From Octopus sinensis (taxonomy: Eukaryota), in the NCBI RefSeq assembly GCF_006345805.1, contig NW_021833625.1, positions 1-57,279 on the forward strand: a stretch of 57,279 nucleotides of DNA, given 5' to 3'. Within the stretch, counting starts at the first letter, position 1, and every line of letters begins with the position of its first letter. Of this stretch, positions 23,701 to 37,669 are shown piece by piece. Position numbers and translations under genes: made by a program. The notes under the pieces were generated by a model. The model was not told where the DNA came from, made no database searches, and saw only the letters and a program-made list of their open reading frames with translations.

Positions 23701-26056
23701 CTTAGCAACCTCAACGTAAGAATAAATGAAAACCAAAAGTTATTGTCCTATTGCAAAATGAGTCGATTGGGCGCAGCTGTTTGGACGTTGGCGATTTGGC
23801 GCGGTTGATTGGCTATTTAGCTTGCTTTGATGACATTACTTTTCGGCGCTGCAGGCAAACACCCATCCACACACGAGCGTGCACGCACACACACGCACAC
23901 GCCATCGCGCACGCGCGCGCAGTGATGTACACATAAAGATAGAAAGAGACAGAGAGAGAGGAGGGTAGCTATTACAATTCATTAGTTGAACACAAGTGAC
24001 ATAAACACATTTCCCTCTTCTCATACACGGAAATATGCTCACGTACATATATAGAGAGAAAGAACGGGGAAAACAGTAAAACGAGATGAATAATTAAAAC
24101 GTCTCATGTCAAATAACTCAACGTCGGATCAACAGCGCCGACGAGTCAGCGCCGCGAAAAAGTATTGTGCCAAAACGTCTCGTAACCGCCTCCCTACATT
24201 TGGAAAATTTTTCAGTATTAGCTCTCTGAGGCTGATGCTTGCCGTTATGGTCTTCTTGCTGACTGTATGAATTATGTTTCTCTTGGATATTGTTTTAAAT
24301 AATTGAAGAAATGTCGTCAGAACGAATGAAATTCTAGAACTTTGATGCGTAGTCATATGAAGTCAAATAAAACGTCTTTCTCTGCTCGGAGAAATGGCAG
24401 TGAGAGACGCTTCTTGCTTTGCACTTAATGAAGGCGATTGATAAGATCTGGGAATTTGATAAAAGTTCCTAGGAAGACACTTTTAAACCTTTTTTGTTTA
24501 ATCTCTTAAAGTAAATCCTGACACTGCATGTTTGTCTTTTAAATACCTGATGACTTCTTACAGATGATTTTATGATTATTTCCTTAATTCTGTTTCTTTA
24601 TTAGCCACAAGGGCCCAAAATAGAGGGGGACAAACAAGGACAGATAGGACACCACAGAGGGGATAATACTGATTTTTTATTACCCACAAGGGGCTATACA
24701 GATGGGACATTACAAAACATTGGGGACATAGAACATTATAATTAATGATATGGAAAATGAAATTTTAAATGAAAAAATGGTAATATGAAAGCGATGCTAA
24801 CGGCCCCATCCGCTAGCATCACTTACCTGTCCTTCGTACCCTATCATCCATTCTTCTCCCCAATTTCAATACACATATTCCCCAAGACTATCGCATATCT
24901 TTCTTTAAACTCATTCTTTATCTTATCCCCAACTTCCCACTCCTCCACTTTCACATTTCTATTTTCACACCTCACTAACAGTTCATCTATTTTTTCCTTC
25001 TTCACCATTGCATATTTCCAGTCCCCCTTTTCATACCCTGGATAACCTTCTAATATGTCTTTCAGAGGGGACAATACATAAAAAGAATATGAATGATATG
25101 ATTATATAACAATGAGGTTATGAATGGCTGCATGCGCCCCTCATCGCATGCAGTACCGTTAATCTTTTGTTTTTACAGTCTATTTTTATCATGTATTTAC
25201 ATAGCAATTAATTATTGTGTTACATACCATTGCAAGTATTTGAACCGTTATATACAATCCCTACAATTGTTCTTCTACTTTTCAATATTTTTTTAAAACA
25301 TAAAATAAAACACTTTACTCATTCTTTTTTTCATCCTTTTCTTTTTTCCTTTTTCTTTTTCCTGTCAGTTTAACATATTTTCTTTTTAGTAGTATTTCAT
25401 CAATGGTTCAATTTCTGTTCGATCCACTACTGGCGGCAATTCTTTGAATTCCACCCTTACTCCTGGTGGGTCAATTCTATCTTCACACATTTTTCCAGCT
25501 TTCCTTTTCGATCACTATCGCCTTCATATCCTCTGCGTATATGTATGATGGTACTTTCACTCTTACTATTTGATTAAACTTGACTATCTTCTTCTCTGGT
25601 TCTACATTCTTAGGGTACATCACCAAATACCATTCTCCATTTCCTCCTTGTATTTTCTTTCCTTTATTTTGAACTCTTTGTTCTCTCTTTTTCTCCTCCA
25701 CTCTAAATAGTCTCTCCACCTCCTCTTCGGCCAGTTGAATTTCCGAATCCTTTTCCACCGGAACAACTGGTATCTTTACTTAATTTTCTCAATTCTCTCC
25801 CACTCTATCTGTATCCTGTTGTTGTTTTCTGCCATGTTTTCTCTCAACTCGTTATTTTCCTTACTTGTAACAATGAAATTCATACATTTTTCTCTAATGT
25901 GTTTAACTTTACAATTTCATTGTTGTTTTATCTAAGTTTTTGTCACTATTGTTGTTACTACAGTTATTCTTGTGTATATTAATATCACTGCTGCATCATT
26001 TGCCATTGCTGCTGTTTTGGTAGTGCTGGTGTTGTAGGTGGTGGTGTCGATAGTTA

Positions 26057-26260
26057 TATATTTCTTTATTTCCCACAAGGGGTTAAACATAGAGGGGACA
26101 AACAAGGACAGACAAACGGATTAAGTCGATTACATCGACCCCAGTGCGTAACTGGTACTTTATTTATCAACCCCGAAAGAATGAAAGGCAAAGTCGACCT
26201 CGGCGGAATTTGAACTCAGAACGTAGCGGCAGACGAAATACTGCTAAGCATTTCTCCCGG
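26057..26260 (-). mobile_element. Family C SINE monomer (head + core + tail X)
   Basis: Well-conserved copy. Confidence 0.9.
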
Positions 26261-27967
26261 CGTGCTAACGTTTCTGTCAGGGGCTTAGTAAAAAACTTTC
26301 TGCCACTGTCTTTTGCCTTTGACTGCCTTCGCTCCCCCACATTTTTTTTTACAAATTTTCGTCCGCGCCTTGACAAAGAATCTTTGTAGTAGGTGTTTCG
26401 CTTCAATTGCATCACACAATGTTATTCCCGATCCAAATGCAGAGGTCTAAGGCAGTTAACTCTGCGCTTGTGTCTGTGATCGTGTTTAACTTCATAGGAA
26501 AGTTCTGCTGGGAGACTTTCACTATAGTCGGAAGACCTATTATTGCTGTTGTTGTTGTTGTTGTTACCTTCTGACTGTAGGCTTCAGCCTTGTCAATTTC
26601 TATAACCGAGGATGAAGTGTTCAAATGTCAGTCTTTGGGACATGTTGCTTTTGTTGTTTAAGTTGCTGCCCTTACCTCTGTTTTTATGTTTCTTCAGGAC
26701 AAATAATCCTTTAGTGTATTTTACTGTCACCACTAGCAGCTGGATTGTTCCCTCTGCAGCGCCATTTTCGTGACTTTTGTTGCTACACCCAAACAATTCC
26801 CTGCCAACTGTCTGTCATTTTTGACGACTCTATTCTCACGACCTCCCGATGTTGCGCTGCAGAGGTGACAACGAACCAAGAATAATTATCACTGTTAACA
26901 GTCATGTCTGTTAACCTTATATTGTGTTGGGTCACGTATTGTATTATGATCCATTGAGCAGGTGCTAATAGCAGTATTTCTGCTTGTTGATTCGCTACCC
27001 ACGTCGGTTTTTTACATAGATATTTCTAAATACTTTATTTCAATTGATTGACAGCCTAATTGCACAATCATGGCCAGGGCTTCCCTCAGTTTCTTTTTTG
27101 CAAGAAGATTGAAAGACCCTTCCGTTTTCTTTTGTGAGGAATAGGCATGCATGTTTCTTCTAGTCTGTTTCTGAAAAAATTCCTCAGACAAGGAAACGCA
27201 CTTCTTTGTGACCCAACGCTACCACTCCTCCCTCTTAAACAAGATTCGTTGCGTGTCTTAAACCTGTCTCCTACTATTGTTATGAAAAGCACTTTCTTTT
27301 CTATCAACGTCATTTCTAATATTTTCAGTATTTTCATTTCTCGAAATATCTGTTGGGATGTCATTTGTCTTGCCAAAAATCTCTGAAATTATTCTTACTC
27401 GTGCCATTGTCAACAGAAATCTCCTTCTTTTCCTATATTAAAACGTCTACATTTTGCTGTAGGATATTCCTTATGTTTCTTTTCTTTCTGATTTGGGAAG
27501 GTGCTGCCGCTATCATTAGCATCCATTTTGCTCGTATATGTTGACAAATAAGTAAACAATATCTAACAGCAGAGCTAAACCGTAAAGATGATAATAAAAC
27601 AATATCATCGTTGTCCCTGACTTTTAATTTTGTACTCCTTTGTCCCTATTACTTAACTATGTATGAACGGAAGTATATGTAATTATTTTAGCCTGGGTTT
27701 TAGGTAAATTTTTTCTGCACTGCAAACACAGTAGACAGTCCAGTAACCCTTGCCACTCCCAACCGACTATTTCTCTCGTTACTTCGTCCAGTGGTTCCAT
27801 CACTTGTTAGTTTGAAAGAAGATAAAACGCAACACCATGTCCAAATAAATTAGCTTTATATTTGATCTCTCTCGGATTTGATCCTAGAGCAAAGATTTGC
27901 TGTCTGGCTATATGCAATTCTCCGAATCAACTCAGAAATTTGTCAAAACCAATATAATATATGTGGA

Positions 27968-28350
27968 GGAAGCACTCCGTCGGTTACGACGATGAGGGTT
28001 CCGGTTGATCCGAATCAACGGAACAGCCTGCTCGTGAAATTAACGTGTAAGTGGCTGAGCACTCCACAGACACGTGTACCCTTAACGTAGTTCTCGGGGA
28101 TATTCAGCGTGACACAGAGAGTTACAAGGCCGGCCCTTTGAAATACAGGTACAACAGAAACAGGAAGTAAGAGTGAGAGAAAGTTGTGGTGAAAGAGTAC
28201 AGTAGGGATCACCACCATCCCCTGCCGGAGCCTCGTGGAGCTTTAGGTGTTTTCGCTCAATAAACACTCACAACGCCCGGTCTGGGAATCGAAATCGCGA
28301 TCCTATGACCGCGAGTCCGCTGCCCTAACCACTGGGCCATTGCGCCTCCA
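27968..28350 (-). mobile_element. Family B SINE
   Basis: Full-length reverse copy. Confidence 0.9.
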
Positions 28351-28849
28351 CATAATATATGTAACGACCGAAGCAAAACCAACTCTTTTAACGTTGTTCC
28401 TATGTCAATTAACTTTCCCGAATAACATATTTGTCGTTTTTGTTGTTACAGCTATCATTTAAAATATTCGTAAAACAGCTCGAAATAATTTTTCTAATTA
28501 AATGTTCATTTAAATATTCATTATATTTTTTCTTTTAGTTGGTAGTGTTTATTGTGATTGTGGTGCAATTTGTTTTCATTATGTTTTATTTTTGTTTAAT
28601 TCTTTGTTATATTCCATTTTTTTTTCTGATTCTGGAGGGGGTTATTGTTTTTGTCCTGTAGACATTTTGACGTGAAAAAGGTCGACAAAATGTGAAAGAA
28701 AACAAAAAATATAAATTGCCTATAAAGACTGTTTTCTTTTTCCACTTACGTACCGGGTCATGTGTCTACAGGTAAAATAATAACCTTATTGGCTATTACT
28801 CAATTGCTAAAAAAGGAAAGAACGAAAATAATCTTCCGTTTCGTTCTTT

Positions 28850-29065
28850 CTTTTCTTTCTTTTACTTATTCCTGTCATGAAACTGCGGCAATCCTGGGCC
28901 AGTGCCTCGAAGACGTTATTCGAATCCTAGTACTCACTATCTTTTGAAGCTGGGAGTTTTTGAATCGATCTCTTCTGCCAAGCCGCTAATATTGGGGGGA
29001 CGTAAGCACAGCAACACTTGTGGTCAAGCGGTGATAGTAATGGCGACAAATACAGATACAAAGAC
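28850..29065 (-). mobile_element. Family A SINE 3' half, diverged
   Basis: ctgcggcaatcctgggccagtgcc tail; gccgctaatattggggggacgtaagcac. Confidence 0.6.
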
Positions 29066-29149
29066 ACACACATATGCATACACACACACACACATATATA
29101 TATAATACATACATACATATATATATCTATATCTATCTATCTATCTCTT

Positions 29150-29187
<38 letters not shown>

Positions 29188-29189
29188 AA

Positions 29190-29389
29190 CTTAGAACTTA
29201 GATAAACTTAAATATGTTTCGACCAAAGATTGGTCCAGGCCATGTCTAACTTAATAGCACCACCTGATAGGATTATTCGAATCCTGTTTAAGTCAAGTTT
29301 TGTTCAAGTAGTGAGTTCTTGTTGGGTGAGTTGTATCCAATTGTGTGGCTTATCTGGTATTCTTTGAAGGAATCTATCCAGACTCCGTT

Positions 29390-29392
<3 letters not shown>
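29190..29392 (-). mobile_element. CR1/L2-group LINE 3' end (same subfamily as 5078-5449)
   Basis: Minus strand FKRSLDRFLQRIPDKP..GYNSPNKNSLL. Identical tail ggtgctattaagttagacatggcctggaccaatctttggtcgaaacat, then ctaagtt repeats. (TA)n on both sides. Confidence 0.75.
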
Positions 29393-29428
<36 letters not shown>

Positions 29429-30296
29429 TTTACTGAAGGATATTCCTTATATTTCTTTTCCTTTCTATTTTGAGAAGGTGCTGCCGCTATCATTCGCATC
29501 CATTTTGCATATATATGTTGACAAATAAGTAAACAAGCTCTAAAAGCAGAGCTAAACCGTAAACATGATAATAAGACATGGATCAATATCGTCGTTGACC
29601 CTACTCCTCTGTCCCTATTACTTGACTGTGTATGAACAAAGCTATATATATATATACATGACATAAATTGGTAAAGATGTTGGCAATAAACCTTCAAAAG
29701 GTTTACAGTAGTTGTTTTATTAATATTCTTTATTGCGGTTGTGTCCAATAGACAATTACTTCAGAGAGACAGAATCCTCTAAATAGAGATTCGATTTTGA
29801 TAGTTGCAAACAGACTGTAGCAATGGCTTTGTGATTCGATTTTGTTTCTTCTAGGTTACCTTGGAAGCCATGTTTTTAAGGCAGAATTAGCTGACGTTAG
29901 CTTTCTGGGTATTGAAATGTTTATCGGATTTTTGTGCTGATGTGAAATATTTTCTTACTACCGCTAGAAGGCTCCAAACCATGTTCTTAATAATATCCTG
30001 GTTGTATTACGGCAAAACTAGATTAAAATTTTCTTCTACTTTCTATTCTTGTGGGACGCGTATTGGGTGTTCCCAACGTTCACTAATATGTTGCTGAAAA
30101 GAATCTAGCTAGGGAGTCATGTATAGTAGTGCCTATTAGACATGTCTTACATTGAGAATAAATCAAATACTCGGAATTAGAATCTTAATTAACGTTAGAG
30201 CTCGCGTGAAAGTTTTAAAAATGTCCGTTTACTACAGAAACACATTTATATATGTGTGTGTGTGTCTGTCGATATATATATATATATATATGTGTG

Positions 30297-30674
30297 TGGA
30301 GGTGCAATGGCCCAGTGGTTAGGGCAGCGGACTCGCGGTCATAGGATCGCGGTTTCGATTCCCAGACCGGGCGTTGTGAGTGTTTATTGAGCAAAAACAT
30401 CTAAAGCTCCACGATTCTCCGGCAGGAGATGGTGGTGATCCCTGCTGTACTCTTTCACCACAATTTTCTCTCACTCTTACTTCCTGTTTCTGTTGTACCT
30501 GTATTTCAAAGGGCCGGCCTTGTAACTCTCTGTGTCACACTGAATATCCCCGAGAACTACGTTAAGGGTACACGTGTCTGTGGATTGCTCAGCCACTTAC
30601 ATGTTAATTTCACGAGCAGGCTGTTCCGTTGATCGGATCAACCGGAACCCTCGTCGTCGTAACCGACGGAGTGC

Positions 30675-30677
<3 letters not shown>
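30297..30677 (+). mobile_element. Family B SINE
   Basis: Full-length copy between (TA)n tracts. Confidence 0.9.
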
Positions 30678-30709
<32 letters not shown>

Positions 30710-30712
<3 letters not shown>

Positions 30713-30876
30713 TAGCATTGTTAGGCGGAGGCGGTATGGATGGTTCGCCCCGCGCGCCACTTTTAAAGGGGCACCATTTTTGGGTCTGCTGTAAGCAATA
30801 TGTGTTGTTTTGTGGGATCCAGGGGCAGCAAACGAAAAGGCCGACCCGGACGACACACACTCTAGCTACGCTAGTG
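30710..30876. mobile_element. Probable GC-rich MITE
   Basis: Imperfect TIRs tactagcattgttagg / ctctagctacgctagtg, with TA(TA) on both sides. Confidence 0.5.
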
Positions 30877-31639
30877 TATATATAGGAACATAGAGGGATA
30901 TCGTGGAACAGAGAAACTATGGGTGATATAGATAATTTGGCACTAATTTTTAATTCTGCGTGCAAAAACATAAGATATAGGTATTCTTTATTTTGGGGCA
31001 AATTCTTCGTTGACCAGTATTATTCTTATCGCAGTTTGCAAATCCAAGCAGGAAAACGCTACTCAACTTAGGAGTTTTGGAGACAAACACCCCTTTTCAC
31101 ATTCCTCATACACATACACACATACACACGCACACATGAATACATAAATGCACGTATAAGCTTATACATCCACATGCACGTATATATTAATGCTGTACAC
31201 AAATACATGACAGGTATACATAATACTGAAGTACGCAGAAAGTAAACACACGCAGACAAATATATTAATATCACAAATTAAAAAAGATATTAAGAACATA
31301 CAAAAAAACTCTAGAAATCAATGAAAAGACAAAAGAAGCAGTGAGATGATACATGTTGATTTTATTAGGTATTTCTGTTTATTTATAAACCTACAATGAA
31401 CAGGGTATAAACTTAAAGTTGACACTGCTAAATGCAGAATATTTCTGTCCCGCTATTGGCTAAAAATATACAGCCTTTTCGATTTTTAAACCTCTGTAAC
31501 TTTTTCCTCCATTTTTTTCTCCACAACATCATGCCTTCATAGCAATAAGAGTGGGAAACTACATTAATATAACTGATTTTCAGATTTTTTACCTCCTTTT
31601 AAAAAAATGCAGATTTCGTGTATCAGTTTAACTAGATCC

Positions 31640-31912
31640 GTGTCTTACTCATGGGTACAACACACAGCCCAGTCCGTGAATTGAACTCTCTACTTCATGA
31701 TTGCGAACCCAACACACTAACCGCTGGGCCATATAAGTAAAAGTAAAGTTCCATCCCGAGTCACACATAGGATCGGCTTCCGGGTTTGCATTGCGTATGT
31801 ATTCCTTACCCACAGGATAGGTCGTCGATCCGTTGCAGGATTATTCATTTTTGCCAACTAAGTGAACTGGAACAACATGAGATGAAGTGTCTTGATCAAG
31901 CACACAACGCGT
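31640..31912 (-). mobile_element. Two adjacent CORE-like SINE fragments (31640-31733 head; 31735-31912 body and tail)
   Basis: Reversed tggcccagcggttag head; reversed gtgcttgatcaagacacttcatctc...gcaaaaatga body with (tttac) tail. Confidence 0.6.
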
Positions 31913-31977
31913 CCTCTGATCTAGGAAATTTTTACACCTTTAACGTCTATTCTTTCTTTTCTTCCTGTAAAAATAAA

Positions 31978-32023
<46 letters not shown>

Positions 32024-32038
32024 TATATATATATTGTC

Positions 32039-32071
<33 letters not shown>

Positions 32072-32119
32072 TGTATGTATATATATATTGTCTATATATA
32101 TATATGTATATATATATAT

Positions 32120-32165
<46 letters not shown>

Positions 32166-32374
32166 CATTTATATATGAATATAAATATATATGTATGTAT
32201 ATGTATATATACACTCAAAACTATATATATATACATATGTATACTCAAAACTGCGTTGAACGCCACACAGACATACATTTAACCCCCCCCCCCCTACCCA
32301 CCCAAAAGAAAAGCCATAACACACCCACACGGAAAAACATACACGCGCATACATTTTTAATTGTGAAGTGTATT

Positions 32375-32437
32375 TATTCTTTTATTCTGTTATATGTTTC
32401 AGCCTTGAGGCTGTGGCCATGCTAAGGCACCTCTGGT
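32375..32437 (-). mobile_element. Isolated CR1-type 3' tail
   Basis: Reverse reads gaggtgccttagcatggccacagcctcaaggctgaaacat. Confidence 0.55.
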
Positions 32438-32734
32438 AGAAAAAGTGTGACTCGCTTACAGTACCTAATAAGAAGCATATACATGCAAGTGTGTGTGTGT
32501 GTGTGTGTGTATACATTTAAATTTAAAATGAGGGTGAGAAATTGGATATCAATTTAATTAACATCAATTTAACACCAGTGGTCTAGCATATTAAAATCTG
32601 AAAGTTCAGTAAATTGTATTAAATACATATATACACATATATATACATATGAATGTGTGTGTATATAGATGTGTATATATATGTCTGCGTATATATGTGT
32701 CTCTATGTATGTATGTATGCATGTATCTATACTT

Positions 32735-33162
32735 ATTTGTCCATTCATTCCAGTTGGATATACTGCGGCCATATTGGAGCAACGTCTTTAATTTTGTCTT
32801 TGGTCGAACTAATCAACCACAGCACTTATGTTCTTTGAAAGCCTGTTGGTTATTCTACCGTGTCTTTTTTCCGAACCACTACGACACGGGGACGTAAACC
32901 CACCACCACCGGATGTCAAGCGGTAGCGGGGGATAAACACAGACACAAGCAGACAAGCAAACACGCACACACACACACGCAGATATATATATATATATAT
33001 ACGACAAGCTTCTTTCAGTTTTCTTCTGCCAAATACGCTTACAAGTTTTCGGTCAGCCTGAGGAGCTTGTAGATGACATTTACTCAAGATGTCATGTAGT
33101 GGTATTGAGCCCGGGACCGTGTGGTTGAGAAACATGTTTTTACCACACAGCCACGCCTGCGC
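32735..33162 (-). mobile_element. Family A SINE, diverged
   Basis: Head accacacagccacgcctgcg, CORE-like part and tail, all reversed. Confidence 0.75.
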
Positions 33163-33232
33163 GTATATATATATATATGGATATATATACATATATATAT
33201 AATATATATATATATATATGGATTATATACAT

Positions 33233-33293
<61 letters not shown>

Positions 33294-33335
33294 GGATATA
33301 TATACATATATATATATATACACACATATATATAA

Positions 33336-33393
<58 letters not shown>

Positions 33394-33430
33394 TACATAT
33401 ATATATATATATATATTAAAATATTATATA

Positions 33431-33463
<33 letters not shown>

Positions 33464-33607
33464 CTAAGCAATAAAGGGTTTAGCAACGAATTGCCTTACC
33501 ACATACCGAATTTAGAAATAGCAGTCAAAGAGTTATAGCTATTTCTTCTACTAATAATTGATAATTATTCCAAATTAATTATTTCACCCTTCATTATTAC
33601 GATAACC

Positions 33608-33642
<35 letters not shown>

Positions 33643-33760
33643 ATTATAATTATATTATATATATATTATATATATATATCATATAATATATATATATATA
33701 TATATATCATTATATACCGATTATATATATATATATATATATATAATAATATATATATAT

Positions 33761-34163
33761 AGCCAGGAGTGGCTGTGTGGTAAGTAGCTTGTTTACCAAC
33801 CGCATGGTTCCGGGTTCAGTCCCATTGCGTGGCACCTTGGGCAAGTGTCTTCTACTATAGCCTCGGGCCGACCAAAGCCTTGTGAGTGGATTTGGTAGAC
33901 GGAAACTGAAAGAACCCTGTCGTATATATGTATATGTATGTGTGTGTTTGTGTGTCTGTGTTTGTCCCCCCATCATTGCCTGACAACCGATGCTGGGGTG
34001 TTTACGTCCCCGTTACTTAGCGGTTCGGCAAAAGAGACCGATAGAATAAGTACAGCGCTTACAAAGAATAAGTCCCGGGGTCGATTTGCTCGACTAAAGG
34101 CGGTGCTCCAGCATGGCCGCAGTCAAATGACTGAAACAAGTAAAAGAGAAAAGAGTAAGAGTA

Positions 34164-34165
<2 letters not shown>
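33761..34165 (+). mobile_element. Family A SINE, full length, well conserved
   Basis: ggagtggctgtgtggtaag...gactgaaacaagtaaaagagaaaagag. Confidence 0.9.
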
Positions 34166-34199
<34 letters not shown>

Positions 34200-35748
34200 C
34201 ATCATACATACATACATATACATACATATATATAATAATATATATATATATATATATATATAAAATCGTCCTTATATACGTATATGTATTTTTATATATG
34301 TAAAAATGTATATGCGTATACACATGCACACAAACACACATATATACCCACACATATAGACACATGTGTAATGAAAGACACAGAAGCAGGTATTACATTA
34401 TTACCTGTCTGTACTTGATTTATGATGAATCTGTGTAGTTAGTTTCTGCTTACATATTTAAGTTGGATGTGTCTATGTATGCGTACCTTTCTATATATAC
34501 GTACATATATCTTCCCGCGGGAGTGTCAATGCGACAGAGAGAAAGAGAAAGTGAGAGTCAAAGAATGAGAAAGTGAGTCAAGGGGAAAGAGAGGATGTCT
34601 CTATCTACTTTCGTTTCGTTCTCATTTTACCTCTATCTAAGCCTGATTGCGCTGTGATTGAAAAAATACTTTTCACTCGTGACAACATCGACTTTTTCAT
34701 GACTTATCTAGTATTACATCTGATGTTTCGTTTCTTTTTCTGAGATGGAAGCGTGAAACTTAGGGAGGATATTCGTACAGTTTATTAGTACCTCAAATGA
34801 CCACGAAGCAGAGTCCAGATCTATGAGCGTTGACATTCCACCTTTGACAACCCCATCTTATTTTAGGTGTATCGGATCTTTTCCTTTTGAACGACACTTT
34901 TCAACACAATTTCTAGTTAACTAAACACTTTTAAACTTCGTATACTGGTAGAATGTGTCAAAATAAAACATTTTTTTCTCTTGGCTTTCTTGAGAAAATT
35001 GTAATTTGTAAGTTTAAAGTAGTTTAATTTTTCGAATTTTAACCAATCCTATGCCCTCTATTGAGCTAAATTCATTTGCTGCGTCTAAAACTGAGACAAC
35101 ATCCTGTCACTAACCCTAACCCTGCTCCGGTGTATCAGTGACCACATGCATGTTCTATAATAAACACGTTTGGCTTTCACCTACGGTATTGTCTATTCTT
35201 TTGGTTTTGTCGAAACAAAATCCCGCCGTGAACTTCCCAAATGTTTTTAGATACAGCAGCTGGAATTTCCTTTTCGAAAAGTATCCAAAACTTTTCGACG
35301 TTATGTTGTGATTTCAGAAACATTTAGCTGTTATTTCTAGCAAGCAGAGGGCCTGCAAAGAAAACCTATAGTCTGTTCTAAGTCACTGTGCAGCTAGCTA
35401 TGAGCAACTCAGCAGACACATGCAATGTGCACAGGCAAAAAATACATTAAAAACATGCATTATCGATTTTCTTCTTATGTTTGGATTGACACATGATACA
35501 GGAACAAGAGAAGAGGGCGGAGGGGTAATGTCGTCTTGTGTTCTTGTTAGTGATGGTGTTGTTGGTGGTGTCCTTGTTTGTTTGTTGTTGCTTTCGCAGT
35601 GGTAGAGAAGCGACGCTAATGTGATGTTTGTTTTATGCAATGACTCGAAATGTTTATGACAATTTTTAGTGTAATGTCAACAAGGAATGAAAAAAAACCT
35701 GTGTGTGTGTTTATACATACATATATATATATATATTATATATATATA

Positions 35749-35787
<39 letters not shown>

Positions 35788-36384
35788 TATATGATATATA
35801 TATATTACATATATATTATATATATATAAAAACACATATATATCTATATACATATACGTACATATACATATATACATATATATACATGCACATATATATA
35901 CATACATATGTATACATGCATACATCCATGCATACATTCATATATATATATGTGTGTGTGTGTGTCTATGTGTGTGTGTGTGTGTCTATGTGTGTGTGTG
36001 TGTGTGGTTGTGTGTGTGTGTGTGTACCTAAGCATAAGCATATATACATACATATACATAAATATATATGCACATAATCATAAACACCCACACACACATA
36101 CACACAAAAGACAGTCTCTGCACCTTTGCCGCTAGGTAGCTTCCTGGCTTGTATAAGCATATATGAATATGTATATGTTTGATCGTTCGTGGTTCTAACT
36201 GCGTATTTCATCTGTTTATCCTCGTGCCCAAACAGACCTGTAAATTCGCACATGCGCAGTGATATATACTTTTTCTTATTAAAACTGCGAAAACATCACA
36301 AAATCTGTCATTCAAAATTTCGCACTTCCGTTCGTCGGATAGTTTTGATCAAGTCCTTTTGATCACAGGTATGTGTGTGTCTGT

Positions 36385-36441
<57 letters not shown>

Positions 36442-36662
36442 TGTGCGCGCGCTTGCACGTTGAAGCTTCGCACCAAGTGTTGGATCGATGACGAAGATCA
36501 AGTTGTGATTCGCTTATGGTAGTTCGTTGCTGTAATACGTAGCCGCGTGTAATAGACAATAAACTGCAACTGAGTCACCCTGGCCTCATTTTATGTGAGT
36601 GAGAGCATTAATAAATGATGGATAAGCATTGAATTGTTGCAAGGAGTTCAAACAGTTAGGAA

Positions 36663-37045
36663 GGAAGCACTCCGTCGGTTACGACGACGAGGGTACCGGT
36701 TGATCCGAATCAACGGAACAGCCTGCTCGTGAAATTAACGTGCAAGTGGCTGAGCACTCCACAGACACGTGCACCCTTAACGTAGTTCTCGGGGATATTC
36801 AGCGTGACACAGAGTGACAAGGCCGGCCCCTTGAAATACAGGTACAACAGAAACAGGAAGTAAGAGTGAGAGGAAGTTGTGGTGAAAGAGTACAGCAGGG
36901 GTCACTACCATCCCCTGCCGGAGCCTCGTGGAGCTTTTTAGGTGTTTCCGCTCAATAAACACTCATAACGCCCGGTCTGGGAATCGAAACCGCGATCCTA
37001 TGACCGCGAGTCCGCTGCTCTAACCACTGGGCCATTGCGCCTCCA
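36663..37045 (-). mobile_element. Family B SINE
   Basis: Full-length reverse copy. tcaaaca(g/a)tta on both sides is a possible TSD. Confidence 0.9.
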
Positions 37046-37400
37046 CTCAAACAATTAATAAGAGGTAAGATAGATAATCAAAAGTCTTATTTGGAGAGTT
37101 TCGTCTATTTCGGGTTAATTGAAATATCGAAATAAATATAGCAGGCACGTACTGTCAGTAATTACTCAGGGTGGACAGCCGGTGACCATTACGTAGTAAG
37201 ACATAAAAAATTATCGAAGCACAGGCGCCCGACTGAGTTGAAGGCAGATTTGCTTCTGCCTTTATAGCACATAAAGAAAATATGTAGCTTAAATACTGAG
37301 ATTGAAAAGCAGGGGCGAATTATGCCTACCTAATTTACAATATATATATATAATAATCAGAGTAACCTTCATAATTTTACTGACTTAGGTGCATATTTTG

Positions 37401-37658
37401 TGGAGGCGCGCGGCTTAGTGGTTAGGGTGTCAGCACCATGATCGTAAGATTGTGGTTTCGATTCCTGGACTGGGCGACGCGTTGTGTTCTTGAGCAAAAT
37501 ACTTCATTTCACATTGCTCCAATCCACTCAGCTGGCAAAAAATGAGTAACGCTGCGATGAACTGGCGTCCCGTCCAGCTGGGGAACACATGCGCCATTGA
37601 AAACGGGAAATCGGGCCCAAGAGCCTGTCTAGGCTTTAAAAAGGCGCATTTATTTATT
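37401..37658 (+). mobile_element. CORE-like SINE with 16-bp TSD
   Basis: tggaggcgcgcggcttagtgg head and cttgagcaaaatacttcatttcac body. TSD ttaggtgcatattttg at 37385-37400; the right copy is split by a Helitron. Confidence 0.8.
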
Positions 37659-37669
37659 TTAGGTGCATA

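Noticed and set aside
28655-28772. 10-bp inverted repeats cctgtagaca/tgtctacagg
   Set aside because: Short, no TSD and no second copy in the window, so too weak to call a MITE.
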